From the NCBI GenBank assembly GCA_028864975.1, contig JAGWLG010000011.1, forward strand, positions 1-64,000: DNA of 64,000 nucleotides, given 5' to 3'. The notes beneath the pieces are model-generated. The model saw nothing but the letters and a program-made list of their open reading frames with translations. It was not told the origin of the DNA and did not search any database. The DNA comes from Thermoplasmata archaeon. Its GTDB lineage: Archaea > Thermoplasmatota > Thermoplasmata > Lutacidiplasmatales > UBA184. The translations under genes and the position numbers were made by a program. Within the stretch, counting starts at the first letter, position 1, and every line of letters begins with the position of its first letter. Shown here one piece after another: positions 1 to 9,052 of this stretch.

Positions 1-1131
1 GCGCTTCTCGCGCTCCGCCTTCGGGATGGACTGATGGGTCATGAGCGCCGGTGCCTCGACCAAGGACTCGACCCCGCCCAGGCTCTCGGCGAGGAAGAAG
101 TAGCGGAGGCGGGAGAGGAAGCGCTTCGCCGCCTCCAGTCCGTCCTTGAGCTCCGCGGAGACCATTCCCCCATGGCCGCTCATCTGTTGCCGAGCGAGGT
201 CGTGCTGCGGGTGGGAGGGGAGCCCCGGATAGAGGACGCGAGCGACCTTCGGATGTTCCTCCAGCGCACGCGCAACGGCCAAGGCGTTCTGGGCGTGGGC
301 CCTCATGCGGAGTCCCAGGGTCCGTATGCCTCGGATCACCAGGTAGCAGTCCAAGGGGCCGGGGACAGCCCCGGCCGCGTTCTGGAGCCAGCGCATCCGC
401 TCCAACCGCTCAGGGTCCTTGAACACGAGAGCGCCGCCCACGACGTCGCTGTGACCCCCTAGGTACTTGGTCGTCGAGTGGAGGACGATGTCCGCCCCAA
501 GCTCCAGTGGGCGCTGGAAGTAGGGGGTGGCGAAGGTGTTGTCGACCACCGAGGTCGCCCCCACCTCCGACGCCGCCTCGGTGACGGCATCGATGTCGAC
601 CAGGCGGAGGAGCGGATTGGTCGGCGTTTCCAGATAGACCATCGACATGCCCCCTTTTCTCAGGCGAGCCACGACACGGGTCGCGTCGGTCATGTCCAGG
701 TACTCGGTCTCAAGCCCCCACGTCCGCCGAGCGTGCTCCAGCAGCCGGTAGGTCCCGCCATAGAGGTCGTCGCAGGCGAGGACCCGGGAGCCCTTGGGCA
801 GGGACCAGAGCAAGGTCGTGAGCGCGCCGAGCCCCGAGGAGAAGGCGAGCGCGCCCGCTCCACCCTCGAGGGCGGCCAGGGAGCTCTCAAGGACGTCCCG
901 CGTCGGGTGCTTCGTTCGCGCGTAGTCGTACCCCCCCTTCGTCACCCCGGGAGCGGTCTGGGCGTACGTGCTCGTCAGATAGACCGGGACGTTGACCGCC
1001 CCGGTCTGGGGATCCGGTCCCTGTCCCCCGTGGATCGCGAGGGTGTCGAAACGCATCGTCGCGAGCTCGTGGCCGCGTCCGGGTGTGGCGGGGCGCTCGG
1101 CGCGGTGGGGCCTGGACTTCTTAGAGGGCAT
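1..1131 (-). CDS. Cystathionine gamma-lyase / gamma-synthase family PLP enzyme (3' end runs off the window)
   Basis: Not in the ORF track because it has no stop in the window. Manual translation from ATG at 1131 gives MPSKKS...FDTLAIHGGQGPDPQTGAVNVPVYLTSTY...YLETPTNPLL...VDNTFATP...HSTTKYLGGHSD (PLP lysine)...LAESLGGVESLVEAPALMTH. Start overlaps the CBS stop. Confidence 0.93.
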   Translation of the reverse strand, partial: MPSKKSRPHRAERPATPGRGHELATMRFDTLAIHGGQGPDPQTGAVNVPVYLTSTYAQTAPGVTKGGYDYARTKHPTRDVLESSLAALEGGAGALAFSSGLGALTTLLWSLPKGSRVLACDDLYGGTYRLLEHARRTWGLETEYLDMTDATRVVARLRKGGMSMVYLETPTNPLLRLVDIDAVTEAASEVGATSVVDNTFATPYFQRPLELGADIVLHSTTKYLGGHSDVVGGALVFKDPERLERMRWLQNAAGAVPGPLDCYLVIRGIRTLGLRMRAHAQNALAVARALEEHPKVARVLYPGLPSHPQHDLARQQMSGHGGMVSAELKDGLEAAKRFLSRLRYFFLAESLGGVESLVEAPALMTHQSIPKAEREKR

Positions 1132-2521
1132 GGTGGTCGCCTCGCTCCGAGAGGAAGCTCAGAAGGTCGTGGCGGGTGAGGAGCCCTTGGAACCCCGGGG
1201 TCCCTTCGGCCCGCACGAGCAAGACGCGGACCTCCTTCAGCCGCTTTACCAGGTCGCCGAGCGGCTCGTCCCGCCCCACCTCCGGCCACGGGGGACCCAT
1301 GACCGCGGTCACCGTTCGGTCGAGCAGGCTCTGGTCCGCGAGCACGGCCCGGAGCACCTCCTCCTCCACCAGACTGCCCACGTTCTCCCGCCCCGCGACC
1401 ACGGGGATCTGAGAGACATCGTGCTTGTGGAACACCTCGAGCGCGCTCCGTACGGTAGTCGTGGGGTCCACGGCGACGAGGAGCGGCTGGAAGTCCTTCG
1501 CGTCGAGGAGGGCCCCCGCGGTCGCCGCCTCGTCCAGGAACCGGTTCTCCCGCATCCACTCGTCGGAATAGAACTTCGAGAGGTAACGGTCCCCGGAGTC
1601 CGGGAGGATCGCCACCACGTTCGCCCCCGGCCGAGGCGGCGAGGAGATCGCCCACCGGAGGGCTCCCGCGACAGCGGAGCCGCTCGACCCGCCGACGAAC
1701 AGGCCCTCCTCCCGGGAGAGACGGCGTGCCATGAGGAACGACTCCTTGTCCCCCACGGTCACGAACTCATCGATTACGGAGAAGTCCACGGTCTTCGGGA
1801 CCATGTCCTCGCCGATCCCCTCGACCTTGTAGGGCGTGGCGCGGATGATCTCCTTGGTCTTCGCGTAGTGCGCGAGGATCGAGCCTAGCGGGTCCACCGC
1901 GACAATGCGGGTCGAGGGCTTCTTCTCCTTGAAGAAGCGGCCGATGCCGCTCACGGTGCCGCCCGTGCCGATGGTCGCGACGACCGCGTCGACGTTCCCG
2001 TCCAGCGCCTCGAGGATCTCCGGTCCCGTTGTCCGATAATGGGCTTCGGGGTTGGCGGGATTCTCGTACTGATTGGGATAGTAGGCGTTGGGGATCTCCT
2101 TCGCCAGCCGCCGCGCGACGGAGTAGTGGCTCATCGGGTGGTCCGGGGGGACCTGGCTGGGGGTGATCACGACCCGCGCACCGTAGGCGCGAAGGAGTCG
2201 GATCTTCTCCGCGCTCATCTTGTCCGGGACCACGAAGACCGACTTGTACCCCTTGACCGCCGCGCACAGGGCGAGCCCGACCCCCGTGTTCCCGCTCGTC
2301 GCCTCGACCAGGGTCCCTCCCGGCTTGAGCAGACCCGCTCGCTCGGCCGCTTCGACCATCGAAGGGCCGATGCGGTCCTTGACCGAGCCCCCCGGGTTGA
2401 GGTACTCGACCTTGGCGTAGAGCGTGAACGGGAGCCCCTTAGCGACGTGCGAGAGGGCCACCAAGGGGGTGTGGCCCATCAGCTCCAGGATGTTCGAAAC
2501 GACCGCGAGCTTCTCCCCCAT
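1121..2521 (-). CDS. cbs: Cystathionine beta-synthase with C-terminal CBS-domain pair
   Basis: KVEYLNPGGSVKDRIG (PLP Lys), EATSGNTG, GTGGT and GGSSG motifs, then tandem CBS domains (HDVSQIPVV). Start trimmed to MGEKL at 2521; the longer track ORF is the antisense of the neighbouring gene. Confidence 0.93.
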   Translation of the reverse strand: MGEKLAVVSNILELMGHTPLVALSHVAKGLPFTLYAKVEYLNPGGSVKDRIGPSMVEAAERAGLLKPGGTLVEATSGNTGVGLALCAAVKGYKSVFVVPDKMSAEKIRLLRAYGARVVITPSQVPPDHPMSHYSVARRLAKEIPNAYYPNQYENPANPEAHYRTTGPEILEALDGNVDAVVATIGTGGTVSGIGRFFKEKKPSTRIVAVDPLGSILAHYAKTKEIIRATPYKVEGIGEDMVPKTVDFSVIDEFVTVGDKESFLMARRLSREEGLFVGGSSGSAVAGALRWAISSPPRPGANVVAILPDSGDRYLSKFYSDEWMRENRFLDEAATAGALLDAKDFQPLLVAVDPTTTVRSALEVFHKHDVSQIPVVAGRENVGSLVEEEVLRAVLADQSLLDRTVTAVMGPPWPEVGRDEPLGDLVKRLKEVRVLLVRAEGTPGFQGLLTRHDLLSFLSERGDHHAL

Positions 2522-2648
2522 GGGCGCCGGCCCCAAGGGCCGACCTCCTTCAACGTTTCCCGACCCGACCTGGGGCCGCGCCCCTCCTTCCTTCGGGTTT
2601 ATCGGCGGGACCCCTTGGGATGCAAGCGACAGGGTCTTCGGGTCACTG

Positions 2649-3497
2649 ATGGGAGAAGCTCGCGCGGGGTCCACCACCTGGCCCACCCTCCAGTTCGCGA
2701 CCCTCGTCTTGTGTGCGAGCGTGCTGCTCGGGGGCGGGAGCGGCACGGCCACCGCGTTGAGGGCAGGGGCACCGCCGCCCGTCCCCACGAACTTCGGCGG
2801 GGCTTTCCTCTCGTTCGTCGCGCCCAGCCTGGACCCCGGCAGTTCCGGAAGCCTCTCGGTCACCGTGACCGACCCCACGACCGTCGCGAACTGGAGCGCG
2901 GCCATCTCGGGGGGTTCTTTGGAGCTCCAGATCTACCGGTTCTCCTACGAAGGCAGCGCGCAGAACCTCTCCGCGGGGGACGCCTGGGCGGCATCCTTCG
3001 GCTCGAGCCAGTTCATCAACGAAACGATCCCAGCCCTCGGGCCGGGAGCCACGACGAGCTTCTCCGTGAACGTCGCCGTACCCTCTTCTGCGAGCACGGG
3101 CTCCTTCTTCGTCCGCGACCAGGCGACCCTCTCCGCGGGGGGGACCACCTACGAGCTCCGCTCTCGCGGATACTTCTCCGATGCCCTATGGTCCCAGGCG
3201 ACCCTCTCCAGCTGTGGGCCCAACGACAACTGCACGCCGACGCTGAACCTCTCGCTGCTCGGGGTGAGCGGGGTCCTGCCCGAGACCGGGATCTCGGTGG
3301 TCAATCCCTGGGTCCCGTGGGTCCTTGGCGGGGTCCTCGCCGCGTCGCTCCTGCTCGCTGGGGCGGCGGGCTACGTCGCGTTCCGTCCCAAGCGTAGGGA
3401 CGCCGAGCGAGGCTCAAGCTCTGGCGCCAACTCTCCGCCGCGCCGTAGAAGGGCGGCGAGGGCCTTGGGGAAGAGCCGGAGTAAGGACGGCGACTGA
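2649..3497 (+). CDS. Hypothetical secreted / membrane-anchored protein
   Basis: N-terminal hydrophobic signal-like segment, Ser/Thr/Gly-rich beta-type body, C-terminal TM helix (PWVPWVLGGVLAASLLLAG) and a basic tail. Start is inferred. Confidence 0.65.
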   Translation: MGEARAGSTTWPTLQFATLVLCASVLLGGGSGTATALRAGAPPPVPTNFGGAFLSFVAPSLDPGSSGSLSVTVTDPTTVANWSAAISGGSLELQIYRFSYEGSAQNLSAGDAWAASFGSSQFINETIPALGPGATTSFSVNVAVPSSASTGSFFVRDQATLSAGGTTYELRSRGYFSDALWSQATLSSCGPNDNCTPTLNLSLLGVSGVLPETGISVVNPWVPWVLGGVLAASLLLAGAAGYVAFRPKRRDAERGSSSGANSPPRRRRAARALGKSRSKDGD

Positions 3498-4654
3498 GCG
3501 AGGAGCTTCCTCGCGGCGATCGTGGGGAAGTCGATGTCCCCGAAGGCCACCAGGCTCCCGAGGAGCTCTCGCTCGCTCAGGACCTCCAGGAGCTTCTCGA
3601 GCTCACGGTCCGTGAGACGAAGGAAGAGGCGGCGCAGGTAGAGCGCCTTGTCGAACTCCTCTCCAAGTTCGGCGCGCCAGGCCCGGTCGTACGCGGCGAG
3701 GCGGGCGGCGCTCAGGTCGTTGGCGATCAGGGCCTCATGCGCGGCTTCGGCCGCGATCTCGGCGCAACGCATCCCCGTGAAGATGCCACCCCCCGAGATC
3801 GGTTTCACTTGGGCGGCGGCGTCCCCCACGAGGAGCACGTGGTCCCCGGAGGTCCGGGGCACCGAGCCGATCGGGATCCCCGCGACCACGATCTCCACGG
3901 GGGCAGGGAGGGGCCGATGGTATCGGCGCTCGATCTGCCGGCCCAGCGCTTCATAGTACTCCCGAGCCGTCTTTCCGGTCCCCGAACGGACCCCGACCCC
4001 CACTCGAGCATTCCCATGGCCATCCGGGACCCACCAACCGAAGAGCCCTGGAGAGAGGTGGTTCCCCAGGTAGATCTCGACCTGCTCGGGGTCGCCGCCC
4101 GGGAAGGGCATTTCCGCCTCAAAAGCGGGAAGGATCTCGATGGGACGCCGAAGCCGGAAGCCCCGCGCGACGTGGCTCGCGACGCCGTCCGCACCGATGA
4201 CCAGCCTGGCTCGGACCTCGCGCTCCTCCCCTTCTGGACCCTGGAGGTGCGCGGAGACCGCGGAACTCGACTTGAGCTCAGACCGCTCGGCTCCCACGAA
4301 CTTCGTACCGGTCTCGAAGCGAGCCCCTGCCCTCGCGGCCTTCTCTGCGAGAAGGAAGTCCAGCTGAGAGCGGGAAAGCACGTAGGCCCGGGTCTCGGGG
4401 GCCTTGAAGGAGAGCGGGCGAAGCGAGGGGCTCCACACCGTCGCGCCCCGAACCTCGTGGAGGACCATCTTGCGGGTCCCCACCATGTCAAGCACGCGCT
4501 GGGAGACCAGTCCCGCACACTGGACCGGGTGCCCCACCCGCCGATGCTCTTCGACGACCAGAACGGAGTGGCCGCGCCGAGCGAGCTCAAAGGCCGCGGT
4601 GCTCCCCGCAGGGCCCGCCCCGACCACCAGGGCATCGACCTCCAGGGCTCCCAC
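3371..4654 (-). CDS. Geranylgeranyl reductase family FAD-dependent oxidoreductase (DGGGPL reductase-like)
   Basis: VVGAGPAGS FAD motif, QCAGLVS, IGADG and LVGDAAAQVKPISGGGI, all typical of the GGR family. Confidence 0.88.
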   Translation of the reverse strand: MGALEVDALVVGAGPAGSTAAFELARRGHSVLVVEEHRRVGHPVQCAGLVSQRVLDMVGTRKMVLHEVRGATVWSPSLRPLSFKAPETRAYVLSRSQLDFLLAEKAARAGARFETGTKFVGAERSELKSSSAVSAHLQGPEGEEREVRARLVIGADGVASHVARGFRLRRPIEILPAFEAEMPFPGGDPEQVEIYLGNHLSPGLFGWWVPDGHGNARVGVGVRSGTGKTAREYYEALGRQIERRYHRPLPAPVEIVVAGIPIGSVPRTSGDHVLLVGDAAAQVKPISGGGIFTGMRCAEIAAEAAHEALIANDLSAARLAAYDRAWRAELGEEFDKALYLRRLFLRLTDRELEKLLEVLSERELLGSLVAFGDIDFPTIAARKLLAQSPSLLRLFPKALAALLRRGGELAPELEPRSASLRLGRNAT

Positions 4655-4748
4655 GCGGGTCTCGACCCTTGGGGCGTATTTGAGAGAACTCCGAGAAGAG
4701 GGTCCCCATCCCCCGAAGGGTTAAGGACGGACGGACCTCGGTCACGTC

Positions 4749-5768
4749 GTGGCGAAACGCCGTCCGGTCCGTCCTCAGGGGGCGGCCGAGGTCGAAGAGA
4801 AGGAGATCGCCGAGAGCCCCGAGGAGCGCAGGGCACGTCGGCAACGAGAGCGGCGGGCGCGACAGAAGCAGGCGACCCGGCACGGCGGAGGGATCCTCGC
4901 GACCTGGCCGCTGTGGAAGTCCATCGGGGTCTTCGGTGGCACGGCCGGGGCCGTGATCGCGGCGGTTGCGGTCATCGTGCTCTTCCTCCCTCACCCGTGC
5001 CTGGGGATCAGCGCGCCCCCTTCCGGCTCGGGGGTGCCCGACGAGAGCGCCCCCTCCTGGTGCGTCAACAACAGTGTCTCCTTGGACGAACGGATGGCGG
5101 TGAGCATCACAATCGTGCTCGGCGGGATTCACGTCGGGATCCCTGGGGGCATCGGGGAGATCAACCAGCATAAATGGGGGTGGACCTGCACCATGCCGGT
5201 CTTCACGGACAATTCGAGCGGGTCGGGTAGCGGGGACTCCGGAGGGGTCGTCCAGATCGCCTCGCCTTGGAACTTCACCTACACGCTCGGCGACTTCTTC
5301 AACATGTGGAAGGAGTCCTACGGCACGGTGTCGATCAACGGCAACTCTGAGACCGTCGACTACACGAACACCCAGCTCTTCAACTACACGAGCAACGCGA
5401 ACCAGGTCGTTCGGCTCTGGGTCGATGGACAGGTTTCGGACCAGGGACCGGGACTGGTGCTCAATTACCTCGCCGACGACTACCAGACCTCCAGCGAAGT
5501 GCCCCAGTGCTTCGTGCAGCAGTACCACAGCGGGCACACCATCTTCCTCACGTGGGGCTGGGTGGGCGCCGGCATGGGCGTGGGTGGACCGACGCTCTTC
5601 CAAACGGCGGGCGCGACGATGTCGGGCCCGATCGTAGGAGGGGAGGACCTGCCGTTGTCCCACGAAGCTGCTCTGGTGAACGCTGCGCCTGTGGGGGTGC
5701 TCGCCTTCTCAGCTTCGACCGCGGCCTTCGTGGTCCTCGCGAGACCCAGGGACCCTAGGCCTCGCTGA
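4749..5768 (+). CDS. Hypothetical membrane-anchored protein
   Basis: Basic N-terminus, one TM helix, extracellular domain with Cys residues and a FTYTLGDFFNMW motif, C-terminal hydrophobic segment. TATA-like GTTAAG lies about 25 nt upstream. Confidence 0.65.
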   Translation: MAKRRPVRPQGAAEVEEKEIAESPEERRARRQRERRARQKQATRHGGGILATWPLWKSIGVFGGTAGAVIAAVAVIVLFLPHPCLGISAPPSGSGVPDESAPSWCVNNSVSLDERMAVSITIVLGGIHVGIPGGIGEINQHKWGWTCTMPVFTDNSSGSGSGDSGGVVQIASPWNFTYTLGDFFNMWKESYGTVSINGNSETVDYTNTQLFNYTSNANQVVRLWVDGQVSDQGPGLVLNYLADDYQTSSEVPQCFVQQYHSGHTIFLTWGWVGAGMGVGGPTLFQTAGATMSGPIVGGEDLPLSHEAALVNAAPVGVLAFSASTAAFVVLARPRDPRPR

Positions 5769-6765
5769 TGTGCTCCCGGAGACGGAGCCGCCAAGTGGCC
5801 TCCACCTGGTCCGTCCTCTGACGGGGGAGCACCTCGGACCCCTCGACCGGGACGCTGATCCCCCTCTCCCGCGCCAGCAGGCCTGTCCAGGCGATCATCC
5901 CTCCGTTGTCCACGCAGAGCGCGGGGGGAGGGGCGTACACCCTCACCCCTCTCGCGTGGGCCATCTGTTCGACCATTCTGCGCAGGCGCTCGTTGCAGGC
6001 GACCCCGCCCCCGAGGACGAGCTCGCGTGCACCGAGATGGGCGAGCGCCCGCTCGGCGACCTCGCAGAGCATCGCGTAAGCGTGGGACTCAACGCTGAGC
6101 GCGACCTCCTCCTTCGGGACCCCCTTCGTCTGGAGGGCCCTGGCGGCCGTGAGGAGCCCGGAGAAGCTCACGTCCATCCCGTGGACCGAATAGGGGAGCT
6201 CGTGCACCTTCTTCCCCTCCTTCGCCCACCTCTCGATCCAGGGACCTCCGGGGAAGGTCGACCCCATCCCCAGGGCGAGCTTGTCCAGGAAGTTCCCGAC
6301 CCCGATATCGAGGGTCTCGCCCAGGACCCGGTAGCGACCGTGGGCGTAGGCGACGATCTGGGTGTTCCCCCCGGAGGCGTAGAGGAGCACCGGGTCCGAG
6401 AACCCCGAGAGCGCACGGGCGATCTCGAGGTGCGCCACGCAGTGGTTGACCGGCACGAGGGGCCGCTCCCAGCTCAGGGAGAGCATCCGCGCGACCGTCG
6501 CCCCCGCGCGAAGGCAGGGGCCGAGGCCCGGACCCTGGGAGAAGGCGACCGCATCGAGCGTGCCGGGGTCGACCTTGGAGTCGGAGAGGGCTCGCTCCAC
6601 AAGGTCGGGCAGGACCTCGGCGTGGTGGTTCGCCGCCTCGCGGGGGTGGATGCCCCCCTTGCCCGGACGGTACATGTCCGTGGCGGAGGCCAGGACTTGC
6701 GTCCCCTCGTCCACGATCCCGACGGAGGCGGTGTGGGCCGTGGATTCGATGCCCAGGATGCGCAC
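5755..6765 (-). CDS. kae1: tRNA N6-adenosine threonylcarbamoyltransferase Kae1/TsaD (stand-alone)
   Basis: ILGIESTAHT, GGIHPREAANHH, GPGLGPCL, VNHCVAHLE, SGGNTQ, ETLDIGVGN and CVDNGGMIAW motifs. GTG start at 6765. Confidence 0.95.
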   Translation of the reverse strand: MRILGIESTAHTASVGIVDEGTQVLASATDMYRPGKGGIHPREAANHHAEVLPDLVERALSDSKVDPGTLDAVAFSQGPGLGPCLRAGATVARMLSLSWERPLVPVNHCVAHLEIARALSGFSDPVLLYASGGNTQIVAYAHGRYRVLGETLDIGVGNFLDKLALGMGSTFPGGPWIERWAKEGKKVHELPYSVHGMDVSFSGLLTAARALQTKGVPKEEVALSVESHAYAMLCEVAERALAHLGARELVLGGGVACNERLRRMVEQMAHARGVRVYAPPPALCVDNGGMIAWTGLLARERGISVPVEGSEVLPRQRTDQVEATWRLRLREHISEA

Positions 6766-6906
6766 GTCACAGGGACCGGGTCGTCGGCTCAAGACGTTGA
6801 CCGGAGGTACGACAACGTGCGGCCCCCCGAAGGCACCCGAAGTTGAGGGCCCTCTACCCGCCACACGCCCTCGGGCATCGACTACGCAAGGACCGGTCCG
6901 GCGGTC

Positions 6907-8712
6907 TCATCGCCCGGCGCTGCGCCATCGCGTGGGAAGCCGAGGGAACGGTTCGTCGTCCCCCGGAGGGTCCGGCCACGAGACCCTCCAGCAGAACCGT
7001 GCGACGAACTCGATGAGGCGTCGAGGGAGCCCTAGGCTCCCTCCGAGCTCGCGCACATCCTCCTTCGTGAGTTCGCCGATCCCCGCGAGGATGAGCGTGT
7101 AGAGCACGACCCCGGCGAGGATCGTGATCGCAAGGACCCAGGAGATCTGGACCGGAATGGCCAGGTCCGGGTCGCCAAGGAGCGAGCCCAGGGCCTTCGA
7201 GAAGGTCGTCGAGAAGAGGAGGAAGGTGACCGCGGCGGCCCCGATGATCTTGAGGTACGGCCAGGGGGACGGGTTCGCCTTGACGTAACGGTGGAGGAAC
7301 CAGAAGTTCGCGAGCGAGCCCGCGGACATCGAGAAGAGCACCGCGAGCGCGGCTCCGGTGATCCCGAGGAACCGCAACGGGCTCGTGGGCCAGAGGACGA
7401 CCAGGGAGGCGGCGACCAGGACCACGAGCTGCGTCGCGGAGAGGTAGAGCTCGCGCTTCTGTTGCCCTACCCCGTCAAGCACCGAGCCGGTGATCCGGAA
7501 GAGCGCCTGGGGGATCGAAGAAGCGGCCAGGATCGCGAGCGCGAGCTCGGCATCCCACGGCCCTGAGGTGATGGCCCCGGTATAGAGGTCGTTCAGCAGC
7601 ACCTTTCGGAAGACGATCGACGCGAGGACCGCAGGAGCGAGGATCAGGACCGTCCACCGCATCGACTTCCGGGTCCGTCGCCGCAGCTCCCGGTTCTCCC
7701 CCCTGACGAAGAGGGACGCCATGTCCGGGAAGAGCGGGACCGTGATCGCGTTCGGCAGGAACATCAAGAGCAAGAGGAACGCGTTCGCGCTCGCGAACCC
7801 CTGAACGTACTTGGTCGCGTTCGGACCCGTGAACGCGGCGGCCACGACGAACGGAGGCAGAGAACTCACGGCGTAGGTGAGGAACATCGCGCCGACGAGC
7901 GGGGCTGCGAAGATCGACATGGTTCGCAGCTCTCCGCGCATCCCGTCGAACGAGAGGCCCCGGAAGAGACCTCTCGCGGAGACGCGTGAGTGGACGATGA
8001 TCGAGATGCACGCAACGGCCGCGGCAACCACATAGACCTCGGCGATGTCCTGCACCAGCCCCGGACCGACCAGCTGGATGGTCGTACGGAACCCCAGGAG
8101 GTCCACCGAATGCCCGGCGACCGTGGGGTCGAAGGTCCAGATGAACGCCACGTAGACCAGCCCCGCGGTGCGGAGGACGTTCTCCACGACGAAGGGCCAG
8201 ATCCCGTCCGCCGCCCTGGCCTGGGCGGACGTGAGGTACGCGTAGACGAACGACGGGGTCTCGAGCAGCGGCAGGAACAGGAAGAGGTCCAACGGCAGCA
8301 GGTCCTTGGGGAGCGAGAGCCCTAGCCAGGGGGCGATGACCGGGGCGAGCAGGGCGAACCCCCCCGCGAGGAGCGCCAACGCGGCGATACGGAACAGGAG
8401 GTAGGCGGCCGTGAGGTTCCCGGCCCGGCCCCCCCGGGCGACGAAGAAGACGTAGGCGCTGCCGATCCTGAGGTCCCCGATGGTCGAGATCATGGACGCG
8501 ATCAGCGTGTAGAGGGTCGCGAGCCCGAGGAAGGCGAGGCCCGCGTTCTCACCCGGAGAGGGGGCGACGTGAAGGAAGAGCTCCTTGGTGGCGACCCAGC
8601 CCAGCACCTGGCCGCCGACCGAGTTCAGGAAGATCACCAGGGTATGGAAGGCGAAGCGCGGGGTGACCGCGGAAGGGGTCCCGGCCGGGGCGGTCGACGA
8701 CCCTGGGCTCAA
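6907..8712 (-). CDS. Oligosaccharide flippase / polysaccharide-biosynthesis (MOP/MATE-like) membrane protein
   Basis: About 14 hydrophobic helices, with a LPNAITVPLFPDMASLF...RRRTRKSMRW pattern typical of Wzx-like flippases. Confidence 0.75.
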   Translation of the reverse strand: MSPGSSTAPAGTPSAVTPRFAFHTLVIFLNSVGGQVLGWVATKELFLHVAPSPGENAGLAFLGLATLYTLIASMISTIGDLRIGSAYVFFVARGGRAGNLTAAYLLFRIAALALLAGGFALLAPVIAPWLGLSLPKDLLPLDLFLFLPLLETPSFVYAYLTSAQARAADGIWPFVVENVLRTAGLVYVAFIWTFDPTVAGHSVDLLGFRTTIQLVGPGLVQDIAEVYVVAAAVACISIIVHSRVSARGLFRGLSFDGMRGELRTMSIFAAPLVGAMFLTYAVSSLPPFVVAAAFTGPNATKYVQGFASANAFLLLLMFLPNAITVPLFPDMASLFVRGENRELRRRTRKSMRWTVLILAPAVLASIVFRKVLLNDLYTGAITSGPWDAELALAILAASSIPQALFRITGSVLDGVGQQKRELYLSATQLVVLVAASLVVLWPTSPLRFLGITGAALAVLFSMSAGSLANFWFLHRYVKANPSPWPYLKIIGAAAVTFLLFSTTFSKALGSLLGDPDLAIPVQISWVLAITILAGVVLYTLILAGIGELTKEDVRELGGSLGLPRRLIEFVARFCWRVSWPDPPGDDEPFPRLPTRWRSAGR

Positions 8713-8790
8713 CCGAACGACCCCTCGTGCACCGGGGGTTCTCTGACTATAAACAAATGTACGGGGCTCGGAGGTGAGCCCGCGCGCAGC

Positions 8791-9018
8791 TCAATCCGGG
8801 ACGGTCTCGATACGGAAGAACACGTTCGACCCGCGGAGCGCGGCCTGGATGCGGTCGGCGAACCAGAGCGAGTCCTTCACCGTCGCATGCTTGTCCCACT
8901 CGTAGACGAAGTCGTACTCCCCGGTGATGGGCTCGAACCCCAGGTCCTCCAAGGTCTCGGCGACCTTGGAGAAGTTGGACCCCTCCGAGTTCATCTGGAG
9001 CAGGACGTAGGTCTTCAT
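8791..9018 (-). CDS. Small hypothetical protein (75 aa)
   Basis: MKTYVLLQMNSEGSNFSKVAETLEDLGF...; natural composition and an alpha/beta pattern; fills the gap between the flippase and tgtA. Confidence 0.7.
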   Translation of the reverse strand: MKTYVLLQMNSEGSNFSKVAETLEDLGFEPITGEYDFVYEWDKHATVKDSLWFADRIQAALRGSNVFFRIETVPD

Positions 9019-9052
9019 GGACCGGCCGCACGAGACCGATGCGGTATTTGAG

